64,000 nt of DNA from Escherichia phage vB_EcoM-673R5. The stretch lies in the sequence record ON470615.2; one strand, written 5' to 3'. Shown piece by piece: positions 54,060-64,000 of the stretch; position 1 is the first letter of the stretch, and the number at the start of each line of letters is the position of its first letter. A program made the translations under genes and the position numbers. Below the pieces are notes generated by a model that was not told the origin of the DNA, searched no databases, and saw only the letters and a program-made list of their open reading frames with translations.

Positions 54060-54084
54060 ATAAAAAAAGCTCCCGAAGGAGCTT
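54060..54084 (-). terminator. intrinsic terminator downstream of structural operon
   Basis: AAGCTCC-cgaa-GGAGCTT followed by T7 on minus strand. Confidence 0.5.
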
Positions 54085-54104
54085 TAAAATACAAGGGATG
54101 ACTC

Positions 54105-54614
54105 TTAATCCCACTCAATCCAGTTGTAGACGATACGAAGTGACGGGCGCACAGCGGCAGTCACATCTTCGGTACTAAAGTCGATTGCATCACTGTAGAT
54201 TTTGCAGTCCAACATTTCAATTGTTGTAGCAGCTTTTGTCACAGCGTTAACCCCGGAAGATTTGGATTCAGGGGTAGCAGCCATCGTGATATCAACATAG
54301 TCCTTCGCCGCAATGCGATCCTTGATGAACTGAAGAATATCGCCTTCGATAGTCTCCACGCACTGGACCTGGATTTCCCCAGAGTTTCGAATTGGTCCGT
54401 GCTGGTTGAACTTCACACCATTCGGACCATAGTCCTCCACATCCTCGCGTGTCATTTCAGGGATTTGCGACGTGCGAACCAGTACGCTGATATCTTCATG
54501 GCCTGCAAAAGTGAGCTGGAATTCAGAAGATACCAGTCGTTCGCCTTTGGCCGCGTTGGCAGTATAGCGGCCCTTAATAAATTTACGGTTTCCCTTAGTG
54601 TTATTGTGCCCCAT
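54105..54614 (-). CDS. tail structural protein (tube-like by size)
   Basis: 169-aa ORF downstream of sheath gene. Confidence 0.35.
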   Translation of the reverse strand: MGHNNTKGNRKFIKGRYTANAAKGERLVSSEFQLTFAGHEDISVLVRTSQIPEMTREDVEDYGPNGVKFNQHGPIRNSGEIQVQCVETIEGDILQFIKDRIAAKDYVDITMAATPESKSSGVNAVTKAATTIEMLDCKIYSDAIDFSTEDVTAAVRPSLRIVYNWIEWD

Positions 54615-54625
54615 ATAAAATCCTT

Positions 54626-55089
54626 TTACTGGAACGCCCGAACAATATCGGAGCTGTTATATATCGAAGAACCGGTCAACTGGAGGTTGACGGTGTTTTT
54701 CAGGAAATATCCATTACTGTCCCTTGGCGCATCGAGATCAAAACTTAAGTCCTGGATGGCGACATCGGTGATGTTGATCCGGCGACCAATGTTTAGCGTC
54801 ACGCGCTCCGGGATTCGACCACCAACATTGGCCGCTTTTAGTTCCGGGCTAATCATGGCTGTCAACGCGGCGATAGCGCCTGAAACTTCAATGAATGGAT
54901 TGTTCAAAGCAATGAAAGTTACAGGCAGCGTGAACGTCGGCGGAGTCCCCCTTCCCAAACCATTAAGCTATTCCAACGGGCAACCGACGTTGTTTCAGTA
55001 CCTACTTGCACAAAACCACCCAGAGCACCAGAAACAGATCCCATGGACATACCGGTAAACGGCGCTTCCCAATTCTGGGCCATGTTCAT
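54626..55089 (-). CDS. structural protein; frameshifted
   Basis: N-terminal piece MNMAQNWEAPFTGMSMGSVSGALGGF joins ORF 54626-54958. Confidence 0.3.
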
Positions 55090-55266
55090 TGCCGCTCCTG
55101 GCTGATATATCCGGTAACCTGGTACTGAGAGTTCGTTAAAGTAACTTTCAGAAATGGCGATACACCGTCAGCCTGGCTGTAAACCCCATAAGGTATAGGT
55201 GCCATTCAAGTTAAAGGCCGGAGTTCTCCGGCCTCCTCCTTTAGCCAAGGCGCTTACGGCGCAGTT

Positions 55267-56022
55267 TCATTGACTTTTTGCGGGCAAGTTTTGCCGCGCC
55301 GGTCTGGGCTTTTCGACGCGCTTTTTCAGCGCCGATTTTTGAGCCGCAGTCAGACGTTTTTTACGCAGGCGTTTACGGATGAGTTTGATCTCACCGTTAC
55401 GAACAACCTTCTTAAATGCTTCAGTCAGCATTTCATCAGAAGTGCCAGCAACAACAAACGCCGCTTCCAGTTCGTCGCGGTCGTCGCTATCTAAACCAGC
55501 GATAGAGGCACCAACATCAGCAGCAGCGTCGTCGTCTTCATCGTCAGCCAGTGCTTCGATCAGGTCATCATCTACACCGCATGCTGCGAGGAAGTCAGCA
55601 ACATTTGCCCATGCTTCGTTATAGGCATCGTCCTGTTCTTCTGTAACTTCGGAGTCGTCGTCATCAGAGATACCAGCGATAGCCTGAACGAAACCATCAA
55701 GGGAGTCGAAAGTCAGATCACCGCTATCAGCCCAGGAGAAAACGGCGTCGGCCGCATCACTCAACGCATTCTGCATAGCACTTCGATTTGCAGCTTCCAG
55801 AATCATCTGGTGCGCCTGTTCGACGGTCCATTCTTTACCGTCTTTCCCTTCCAGGATTTGCTCTGGAGCCGGGGCAGATGGAACGTTATCGTTAGTCTGT
55901 GCCGCCGGTTCCGGATTATTATTAATAACCGGATCTGTTGGCGGTTCGGCGCTTGCTCGGGCAGACTCCATCAGCTGCACAGGATCAGAGTTCAAAGCGA
56001 AACGGGACAGTCCATTCCCCAA
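55267..56022 (-). CDS. acidic structural/scaffold-like protein
   Basis: 251 aa, Asp/Glu-rich middle, Lys/Arg-rich C-terminus. Confidence 0.4.
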   Translation of the reverse strand: MGNGLSRFALNSDPVQLMESARASAEPPTDPVINNNPEPAAQTNDNVPSAPAPEQILEGKDGKEWTVEQAHQMILEAANRSAMQNALSDAADAVFSWADSGDLTFDSLDGFVQAIAGISDDDDSEVTEEQDDAYNEAWANVADFLAACGVDDDLIEALADDEDDDAAADVGASIAGLDSDDRDELEAAFVVAGTSDEMLTEAFKKVVRNGEIKLIRKRLRKKRLTAAQKSALKKRVEKPRPARQNLPAKSQ

Positions 56023-56063
56023 AAATGCCCCGGATTGAAAAAGTTTTTGCTCATTGTATTCCC

Positions 56064-57653
56064 TTACTTAATAAGCAGCGGTACGCCCTGGATACGACGG
56101 GCTACGCCAGTCGGGCAGCAGGCCCAGACTACTTCCCATTTATCGAATTCCGCCTGCGTAACTTTCAGCACATACGGTTCTGTACCGTCAGCATCGGGAT
56201 CACGAGGAGCCACCAGAGCGCCGGAGGCGACAAAGCGATCTAAAAGTTTGGTCATCCCTTTAGTCAGGCCAGCCGCAGTAATACCGTCCGGGCTATGCTT
56301 CATCTGTCGGGCTAACTGGACAAAGAAACGACTGATTGCATTCATCAGGGATGGGACGTGCTGGAAGTGCAGATAGTTATCCTGCGTGCAGCAAGTTAAA
56401 GCATCGTCGATGATCATCTGGCCAGAGGTGCCAACAGATACTTTATTGAGACGGCCCTTGACCATTGCTTCTTCGTCCGGGGTATCTTCCGGATACAGCG
56501 GTTGAATTGACGCACGAGCAATGACGGCACGTTCTTCACCAGCCGGTGAGTAATGCCAACCGCCGACATCAGAGTTTTTCTTGACGCCACGAGCTTTCGC
56601 CGCATACGCCGCGCCAGACAGACCGAAGACCACACGGGATTGGGTCCATTTGTCTTTGCAGGAGAACGGGTAGTGATAGACAGAACAGCTTACATAATCG
56701 GTACCAAGTAAACCGGTACCCTCAACAGCTGTTAGTGCTTCTGCGTACCTTAATGTCGGTTTGACATCAAAGAAGCCATCAATCAGGCGATCTGCACAGA
56801 TTTTACCTAATGCGGTGATAGCCGCATTGTCATAGCAGCCCAGGCCAAGAACAGCGGTGTACATGTACGGCGCATTATTCAGCACTTTAACCGCACGCAG
56901 GTAAGCAGCGGTTGAGATTTTCGACTGATCGCCATTGGTACCGCCAGTGAATGCCACCGATTTTTTATTTGTTACTTTCGCTGTAGAAATCAGCTCTTCA
57001 TTAACAACCGCACGCAGATATTTAGAACGGGCTTCCAGAGCCGTAGGCAGATAACACAAGCGGCCCATGTCATCTTTCGCTTCTTCCGCCAAAGACACAG
57101 TGTGTGTCTCCGGGGTCGTTACCACACCGAGCGAAGTCGTCTGGGTCAGTTTTAAGAGGAAGCGTTCATTACCCGCGCTGTCCGCTGTTGCCGTTTCGAT
57201 GGTTAACTCACGGGTAGGTGAAATACACGGATCACCATCATCAACGTAGATAGCAAAGGCTTCGCCGCTATCAAGTTCAATTTCAGAACCGTATGGCAAC
57301 GCACTGTTAGCCGGTTCGCCTGATTCATCGAACATAATAATCGGGAACTTCGCATCATCCGGAACAGCACGGACAACATAACCAGACGTTTGCTGAATAG
57401 CTTCGTACACATGGCGAATTGGTTCAAACTGTGAGCCGGAAGACGGCTTCAGCGGTTCGCCAAGAACATCTTCGTAATTGGACTCAGTAACCGCAAGAAC
57501 AGTAAACGGCTTGCCACGCGCAAATACGCCAATACCAGCCCACAAGCTGCTATTTAATGCAACACCGGTAGATAACGTCGCATCGGCATTGATCGGGCTA
57601 ACCGCGACGCCGGATGCATTACCTAATGACTGTTGAATTGAATATTGAGACAT
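56064..57653 (-). CDS. tail sheath protein (P1 gene 22 position)
   Basis: 529 aa, about 58 kDa; between capsid and tube-like genes. Confidence 0.5.
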   Translation of the reverse strand: MSQYSIQQSLGNASGVAVSPINADATLSTGVALNSSLWAGIGVFARGKPFTVLAVTESNYEDVLGEPLKPSSGSQFEPIRHVYEAIQQTSGYVVRAVPDDAKFPIIMFDESGEPANSALPYGSEIELDSGEAFAIYVDDGDPCISPTRELTIETATADSAGNERFLLKLTQTTSLGVVTTPETHTVSLAEEAKDDMGRLCYLPTALEARSKYLRAVVNEELISTAKVTNKKSVAFTGGTNGDQSKISTAAYLRAVKVLNNAPYMYTAVLGLGCYDNAAITALGKICADRLIDGFFDVKPTLRYAEALTAVEGTGLLGTDYVSCSVYHYPFSCKDKWTQSRVVFGLSGAAYAAKARGVKKNSDVGGWHYSPAGEERAVIARASIQPLYPEDTPDEEAMVKGRLNKVSVGTSGQMIIDDALTCCTQDNYLHFQHVPSLMNAISRFFVQLARQMKHSPDGITAAGLTKGMTKLLDRFVASGALVAPRDPDADGTEPYVLKVTQAEFDKWEVVWACCPTGVARRIQGVPLLIK

Positions 57654-57710
57654 AACTTTCCCTGTTATGCGCCGCGCGGGGGCGCTATGTTAAACGGAGA
57701 GCTTCCCTGA

Positions 57711-59438
57711 TTACTCAGAGTCACCAGCATCAATCGTGTTACCGGTCAGGAAGTTAATTCCGCCATTTTTTGCCATAGTCAGAGTTACACGGGTGAAGTA
57801 GTCAGCACCGTTGCGTGGATGCATATCGTTGATAGCCGAACCCCACAGAGTGGTTCGGTTGACTAGTGCCGGGGTGGTCGGATGCTGGAATGGGACAGCC
57901 GGGACTGCATCACCAGTTACGAAGCCCGCTTTGCCCGGATTTTCATCACGGACGTAGCACAGCACATCCATTGGGCTGAACTGGATACCGTCGGCGGTCA
58001 GGTTCGTACAAATACCTTCTGGTACTTCGAACACTTTGACGTTGCCGAACAGAGTGCCAATGTAGTGGACGTATGGGGTCTGGATGTAATCTTCTGCTGG
58101 CTGGAAGAAATCCTTCGGCAATTGTTTGAAGAAAGATGCCGCATCAGCACCGGCATACATCCCCATCGCACCAGAAGATTTAACACGCTCAATAATACCG
58201 CGATATACCGTCTGGAATTTGCCTCGAATGATGGTTGCCCACACATCAAAGGTCTGGTTAGCTGGTAGTGCAATATCAAAGGAGTCGGTCGCAAGAGTTC
58301 GCCAAATCATGATACGAAGACGAAGCATATCTTGCTCATGGGACAGGTATTCCTTCAGGGTGCGGAACTGTAGGGAGCCAAGATCCAGACCAAATTCACG
58401 CTGTGCTTCATACGCCGCCTGTACCGTGTGCTCAGCCGCGATGACGAACTGGTTTGGGAACAGGGTGTAACTCTTCATTTCGTGGTTGATAAGTGGGATC
58501 AGCTCAGGAGCTGCTTCTATATTGATCTCCGCCTCAATGGCGATCTCAGTGCCTTTATCCGGCGCTTTGGAGAACGACAGGGCAATCTGACCAACGTTGT
58601 AATTCAAAGAGCAAGTAACAGTGATTTGTTCGCCTGCTTTGTTATTGAATGTGTGAAGCAGAGTACCGGAGCCGTTATCAACAACAGACTTAATACGGTT
58701 AACGTAGATGTTTGTGCGACCTTTGCGAATCGGGACATTCTGACCTTCGACATCTTCCATCTTGAAGGTTGCAGTTTTGCTGGTGCCGTCGGAGCTTGCA
58801 ACCAGCACATAGCGGCGGCGCAACTGGCTGTACACGCCAACGGATTGCATGTCCAGAACATCACCAATAGCATAGGAGCCAAAAGAAGAACCCGCTACGT
58901 TAAAGATTTCATAGATTTCGGACTTGTCACGCGTAACCGGAATGAATGTACACGCATCAGCGGTAGCTGCCCCCAACTGAACAGGCAGGATCATCGCCAA
59001 GAATAAAGGCAGACGCATAACCCCGTCAGAAACACTCATCATCTCTGCCGCGACTGATTCCAGCATCGCTTTATTGGTGGCGTCCATGCTATTGCGGGTG
59101 GACTCAATCAGGCAGTTTTCCAGCGTCTGATGGCAGGAGGCCAGAATTTCCGGACGTGGCATAGATTTATGTGTTGCGGCGTAGTCAGCCAGTGCACTTG
59201 CCCACGCTGTAGCGATTTGAGCGGTGGCATTATCAGAGATACCCGCAAAAATTGGGTCTTTACGTGCAGCTTCAAGGATAGATGCGGCACGCGCGGCATC
59301 ATCTTTAATGAATTGGTTATCAGTACCGAACTGCGCAGTGCTTGCCCAGCCAAGCACAGCTTTAGAGCGTTTTGCGATATCTGCAATACGATTCTGGTAT
59401 TCGCGTAAGTTACTCAATTTACTCTTCCTTAAACACAA
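57711..59438 (-). CDS. major head protein (P1 gene 23 position)
   Basis: 575 aa, about 63 kDa; adjacent to parS as in P1. Confidence 0.5.
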   Translation of the reverse strand: MCLRKSKLSNLREYQNRIADIAKRSKAVLGWASTAQFGTDNQFIKDDAARAASILEAARKDPIFAGISDNATAQIATAWASALADYAATHKSMPRPEILASCHQTLENCLIESTRNSMDATNKAMLESVAAEMMSVSDGVMRLPLFLAMILPVQLGAATADACTFIPVTRDKSEIYEIFNVAGSSFGSYAIGDVLDMQSVGVYSQLRRRYVLVASSDGTSKTATFKMEDVEGQNVPIRKGRTNIYVNRIKSVVDNGSGTLLHTFNNKAGEQITVTCSLNYNVGQIALSFSKAPDKGTEIAIEAEINIEAAPELIPLINHEMKSYTLFPNQFVIAAEHTVQAAYEAQREFGLDLGSLQFRTLKEYLSHEQDMLRLRIMIWRTLATDSFDIALPANQTFDVWATIIRGKFQTVYRGIIERVKSSGAMGMYAGADAASFFKQLPKDFFQPAEDYIQTPYVHYIGTLFGNVKVFEVPEGICTNLTADGIQFSPMDVLCYVRDENPGKAGFVTGDAVPAVPFQHPTTPALVNRTTLWGSAINDMHPRNGADYFTRVTLTMAKNGGINFLTGNTIDAGDSE

Positions 59439-59469
59439 GGCACTTGTGTGAATCCCTTTTCGGAAGAGA

Positions 59470-59494
59470 TTTTATTGAAAGTCACTTGTTGACT
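59470..59494 (-). promoter_or_regulatory. putative late promoter of head/sheath operon
   Basis: Minus strand GTCAACAAGTGACT-ttcaa-TAAAAT. Confidence 0.35.
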
Positions 59495-59550
59495 TTCTCG
59501 TGACAAGCAATTTTTTTATTTTTTTCGGGAGTAGGGGAGGAAGGTAAAAT

Positions 59551-59638
59551 CCAAGGTGAAATCGTGGCGATTTCACCTTGAAATTTTAGAGTGATTTACT
59601 TTAAAAACAGTAGTTTAATAGTGAAATTTGAATGGCGA
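59551..59638. other. parS: parS partition site
   Basis: Heptamer ATTTCAC/GTGAAAT and hexamer TCGCCA/TGGCGA boxes flanking an A/T-rich IHF-like core; immediately downstream of parB. Confidence 0.8.
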
Positions 59639-59642
59639 AAGT

Positions 59643-60643
59643 TTAAGGCTTCGGCTTTTTATCGAGGCTCTTTCTAAGGATATGCCCAATCATCCTGTCG
59701 AGTTCTTCCTGTAGCTCTTTTGAAAGTCGATTAAACTCATAAGAAAATGCACGGCCTTTCACGCGCTTCCTTGCAAAGCGATCCTTGTCCTCAAATTTCC
59801 ATAATTCAGTAACTACGGACTTATCTTTAGAACCTTTATCCGTGAGTAGTGAGGCTTCCTTTGTTATCAAGCGCAGGATTTTATTTTTAACTTCATCTTC
59901 GGCCATTTCTTCAATGGATAAGATGTCGTTTATTTCCGGGGATATGTTTTGAATAAGCTGATCAAACTCTAAATTCTTGTTCCCCATTTCGTCGCCAACA
60001 GCACAAAGCGTTTTGTAGTCCGAAAAGGTTAATTCCGACTGCACAGGGAAAAGGGCGACTAATTCTTCCGGAGCACTCGCTGCCTGGAGAGCACGCGTGA
60101 CCTTCGCCTGAGACAGCCCTTCTTTGGCTGCAATATCCTTCTGACTCATCCCATCATTTTTCATTCGCATCAAACGCAGACCTATTTCTCGAATGCTGTG
60201 CTGCAATGCTGTCTGAACGTCTTTCGCTAAATTTTGCGCTTCCTGAACGCTGATCTCCTGGTCCGTGACTAAAACCCGCAACCCTACGTTCTCTAAGATG
60301 GCAGAAGCTCGACGCCGGGAACCATCCAAAATTTCAATTTTCCCTGTAGCCCGTCTAACACCTATTGCAGGGTAAAATTGCTGATGCTTAATAGTGCTTC
60401 GGATACTTTTTAATGATTTTGGCGTAAGAGATGCCTGGTCACGCCCGTTGTTATGCTGATCAACAAAGGTATCGCTTTTACCTGGTTCGGAGGTATTACC
60501 TCTTCAATAAATGTGGCCTGGCGACCAGTTGATAACTTGAATACCTGCTCGACTCGATCGCCAGAGGCTGAAGAACTATCAAATCCGCTTAATATTGAAG
60601 GATTAAGGGTTCGCCCAATTGTTGGTCTGTTTTTCTTTGACAT
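59643..60643 (-). CDS. parB: ParB partition protein; one frameshift
   Basis: N-terminus MSKKNRPTIGRTLNPSILSGFDSSSASGDRVEQVFKLSTGRQATFIEEVIPPNQV; ORFs 60410-60643 and 59643-60329; about 333 aa. Confidence 0.85.
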
Positions 60644-60659
60644 GGGGGTTTCTTACTCC

Positions 60660-61856
60660 TCAGTTAGATCTGATAAATTCAATACGGTCAAAAACTGCTT
60701 TAGCAAAATCTTCCGCAGCAATTCGCGCGTTCTTCAATGCATCAGCACTACCAACATACGTTGCCGGGTTAGCTGAAATAACAGTGTCAAAAGACTCGCC
60801 GCAGCGTTCAAAACCGTCAAGGCGAGGGAGGACAACATCAAGCATATCCCCACCGAACACTTCTTTAGCCAGGCTATGGCAATACTTATGGTCTGCCTTG
60901 TTACTCAACTTGGACATAAAACCAATGTTAGTTGCAAGCTGACACTCGCAGCCTTCATCCGAAATGAGTTTCACCAACTCAGGAAGGCGGGCAACGTATT
61001 TAAGCGATGAGTGGAAATCAACCGTTGCAGGCGGCAGAGGTGTAAACAGTATATTGGCCGAGGCCAAAGCATTTTTCAGGAAGGCGTCAAGGTGAGGACC
61101 ACTATCAACGAGGATAAAGTCATAATCGCTCTTCAGCTTATCAATCACATTTTCTTTCAGGACTGCATGGATGTTCTGACCCGGTAGATGCTCATTGCAC
61201 AGCTCTCTCCAATCGGATGCAATAAAGGCATCGTCAATCGACGCAGGCATAACGTCAACCCCAGGTACAACAGAAGGAACAATAAACTCCTCTAACAGCT
61301 CTTCACGGCTTACATTCTGCAACATAGCCTGTGCAGATGTTGCGTTTACGATACCAATAGAGTGTTTATGGCTTAAAAACATCGTTGCTGAAGATTGCGG
61401 ATCAAGGTCAATAACCAGAATCCTTAAATCTTCCATCAGAAGATGAGGATGAGCACGCATTGCATGCGCCAGAGAAACCGTCGATACAGTTTTTGACACA
61501 CCGCCTTTAAGATTGGAGATGAAAATCACATACGCTTCGCTGTAGCGATCCCGGTATTTTGGCACTCCGCGATGTTCATATATGTCAATGATGTTCTGAA
61601 TTGACATCGCATATTTCATTGAAGAGCCAGCAGGGCGTTTATCGAAAACATAACCCTTTTCTTCCATTTCACTTACGGCATAGTCAACGTTCGCACGAGT
61701 CAGTAGAGGCAATTTTGCCAGTGCCGCTTTCGCATAGACCTGGTAAAACTCGTTCGCGTGTAGCTCATCCTTTTGCAACTGTACTTGTTCAGTCAGAACA
61801 TTGAGCATTCTATTTGCTCTTTGAGCAACCTTGTGAAGCTGGCTGGAATCACTCAT
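60660..61856 (-). CDS. parA: ParA partition ATPase
   Basis: 398 aa; deviant Walker A KGGVSKT; long N-terminal HTH extension typical of type Ia ParA. Confidence 0.9.
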   Translation of the reverse strand: MSDSSQLHKVAQRANRMLNVLTEQVQLQKDELHANEFYQVYAKAALAKLPLLTRANVDYAVSEMEEKGYVFDKRPAGSSMKYAMSIQNIIDIYEHRGVPKYRDRYSEAYVIFISNLKGGVSKTVSTVSLAHAMRAHPHLLMEDLRILVIDLDPQSSATMFLSHKHSIGIVNATSAQAMLQNVSREELLEEFIVPSVVPGVDVMPASIDDAFIASDWRELCNEHLPGQNIHAVLKENVIDKLKSDYDFILVDSGPHLDAFLKNALASANILFTPLPPATVDFHSSLKYVARLPELVKLISDEGCECQLATNIGFMSKLSNKADHKYCHSLAKEVFGGDMLDVVLPRLDGFERCGESFDTVISANPATYVGSADALKNARIAAEDFAKAVFDRIEFIRSN

Positions 61857-62024
61857 CGAAAGTCATCCTTTATGCTGTATTTTTGAATTTAATTAAAAAT
61901 GCTGCATAAAATAATAATGTATGCGTAGATGCTTGTACATAGCATTTTCTGCATGTTTGGTTCATTTTGCACGATTGAGAGTTACAAGGAGGGCACAAAA
62001 AAGCCCCGTTCAGGGGCATCAGTG

Positions 62025-62832
62025 TTATTTGCTAAGAGCAGCGAATAATCGTTCGAAATCGATAGTATCTATAGCACGCGTAAGCGCCGGAAGTTCAGCC
62101 TCAAAGTACCCGTGTCGATCGTAAAAGAAGGGACCGAAGAGCGAGGCATGTTGGATTCTACTTCGCCCCAGCCCGGACACACAGTTAAGCCCATTACCGG
62201 CTAAAAGGCTAAAAAACTTCTCTGGATTATCGTGGTAAAGCTGGGAATCAATGGTGGCGGTTAACTCTTCCATAGGGAAGCACACCCGCCCTGTATCCCA
62301 GGGATATTTAGTCCGAAGCATAAACATTGCTTTCAGCAATTCACATTGAGCGCGGATCGCGTCCGGTTCATAGCCAGATATGGAGACATAAGCCACGTCC
62401 CTCATTCCTGCGTCATCTTTGAAAGTCACGATAGAAGTAACATCCAGCTCTTTTTCGAAAGAGCAAGCAGCATCTACTGGACGCTGAAGTAAATCATTCG
62501 ACTTAATGCGCTCGAGAATCCCTCCCCACATATCATTTAGATATTCGATATGAGCCAAAACCTTATCAAGACACTCTCGTGTAAACCATTCAGTATGCCG
62601 CCACCGACGCTTTTCTCCCACGGCGCATTCCAGGGAAAAAGGTTGCGTGTAAAGCCCGCTCAAGATTAACCATTGCCAAACGCGTACCACGATAGACCCG
62701 TGAAAGCGCAAAATCGGGACTCACTTGTAGCCCTTTAAACCGTGCCAATGGACCACATGAAATGCCGATTTTAAAAGTATCTCCGTTCTCTGGCACCAGA
62801 ACGTAGAGGTAGTGTTGTTTCTCTTCTTGCAT
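62025..62832 (-). CDS. T5orf172/GIY-YIG-like domain protein; one frameshift
   Basis: N-terminal YLYVLVPENGDTFKIGIS...ERALHATF...TEWFTRE pattern; ORFs 62590-62832 and 62025-62711. Confidence 0.45.
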
Positions 62833-62859
62833 ATCAATACCACTGCTTGATGAGAACCG

Positions 62860-63125
62860 CGCAAATGTTGACTATGCGCGAAGGTTAATGTGAATAGTTG
62901 ACTATGCGCGATGTGACTACAGTCAAAAGTTGACTGTAGTCGATTTAACTCCACCAAAGATCGACTATGTAAGATATTGTCGGGAGAAACGTTGACTATA
63001 CGCGATGAAATGCCCCTAAAAGCCATCTCAATAGCGACTTGCAGAATATTGACGCCAGCAAAAATCCACCAGCGTCAACGAATGTCGCCTATAGTCAACT
63101 TCTCGCTATCGCATATAGTCAATAT
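62860..63125. repeat. iteron array downstream of repA (incA-like)
   Basis: At least 6 copies of about 15-bp GTTGACTAT(G/A)CGCGA in both orientations (62867, 62897, 62928, 62991, 63085, 63109). Confidence 0.55.
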
Positions 63126-64000
63126 TATGGATTGCGCTTATGGATCTGGAAGCCGATTTTCCTGCCGTTTTTTATCTCTGAAAATTTAAGATATTCAATA
63201 GCTTCCAAATCTTTCATGGCTTTTCTGATAACGCTATTTTGCACGCTAACGGATGATTTGAGATTAAGCCTCGCTCTAAGGCGCTCAATGCTGACAGGTG
63301 CCGGGTTGGCGGGTAGAGCCTCAAAGAATGTATACAGTACCTTGGCCGTCTCTTTGCGCCCTAGTTTATCCAGCATCTTCAGCTTCAGGATTCGCTTATA
63401 GTCAACATAGTAAAGTTCAGATAGCTGTTTCTGCGGCTGGATCTCGATAACATCAAGCTCGGTATTCAGGCTGCTATATGCCAACAAGTTGACGTTAATG
63501 TTATTGAGATGACCTTTTGCCGCCGGGAAGCGGAATTTGACAACTGTCTGCTGAATGCGTGTCAGAGAGTCATCAATACTTTTACGGAACGCCTTTGAAA
63601 GGCGCTTACGTGGATAGCCGCATCGATCGGCAAACTCGGAGAATGGCAGGGTGATTATGCCGTCATCATCAGGTGCGTAGTCAAACAACGCGGAGGTTAT
63701 GCCCACCCACACCTTAAAATCAGTATCCATATCCAGGCGTGGACCATGAATTTCAATTCCCTCATAGCCTTCCTGCTCAACAATTTTGAGGCTTGATAGT
63801 TCTTCAGTTGCGTTCGTTGTGTTTGTTGTAACTGACGATCCGCGACGTAGCGCCACATTGGTAGATTTTAAGGTTGGCACAAACACACCTAAGCGCAACA
63901 AAGCGATGGGTTGTATAGTGCTGTTGTTATTGGGCTTCAGGCTGTGGATTTCTCCTGTATTTCCTGCAACTTCTTCAACGCTAAGGAAGCCTTTACTTTC
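63125..64000 (-). CDS. repA: RepA iteron-binding replication initiator (N-terminus beyond window end)
   Basis: Frame open to base 64000; flanked by iterons; followed by par operon. Confidence 0.65.
   Translation of the reverse strand, partial: ESKGFLSVEEVAGNTGEIHSLKPNNNSTIQPIALLRLGVFVPTLKSTNVALRRGSSVTTNTTNATEELSSLKIVEQEGYEGIEIHGPRLDMDTDFKVWVGITSALFDYAPDDDGIITLPFSEFADRCGYPRKRLSKAFRKSIDDSLTRIQQTVVKFRFPAAKGHLNNINVNLLAYSSLNTELDVIEIQPQKQLSELYYVDYKRILKLKMLDKLGRKETAKVLYTFFEALPANPAPVSIERLRARLNLKSSVSVQNSVIRKAMKDLEAIEYLKFSEIKNGRKIGFQIHKRNP

Overview
This window is about 64 kb of a P1-family temperate phage-plasmid (P1/SJ46-like), in the opposite orientation to the conventional P1 map. The backbone is recognised directly from the sequence: an exact 34-bp loxP next to cre, a C1 repressor gene with coi, at least nine copies of the asymmetric C1 operator (ATTGCTCTAATAAATTT-like), PacA'/PacB terminase, DarB, a SAR endolysin, SSB, the darA/lysis operon, Cin invertase with an invertible tail-fibre segment, R-S-U tail-fibre genes, Sit transglycosylase, c4-icd-ant-kilA-repL, sheath and capsid genes, parS-parB-parA, and a partial repA with iterons. 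Accessory cargo that is not P1 backbone: (1) a fused RelA/SpoT-type toxin (CapRel-like toxSAS) plus two coupled small genes in the slot where P1 carries res/mod; (2) a dGTPase-family HD hydrolase plus an AT-rich membrane-protein gene between ssb and the darA operon; (3) a TnpB-only IS200/IS605 element between the portal and protease genes; (4) an AT-rich islet of four small secreted proteins; (5) a T5orf172/GIY-YIG-like gene between incA and parA; (6) a second c4-icd-ant module between pacB and c1. The tail-fibre locus carries five alternative C-terminal cassettes and five cix-like crossover sites (Min/shufflon-like), and the S gene has about five tandem 300-bp repeats. At least 20 genes are split by single-base frameshifts; those I could inspect sit in homopolymer runs, so I treat them as probable sequencing errors and annotate genes across the breaks. 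No BLAST or HMM search was possible; family assignments rest on motifs, synteny and my recollection of P1 sequences.
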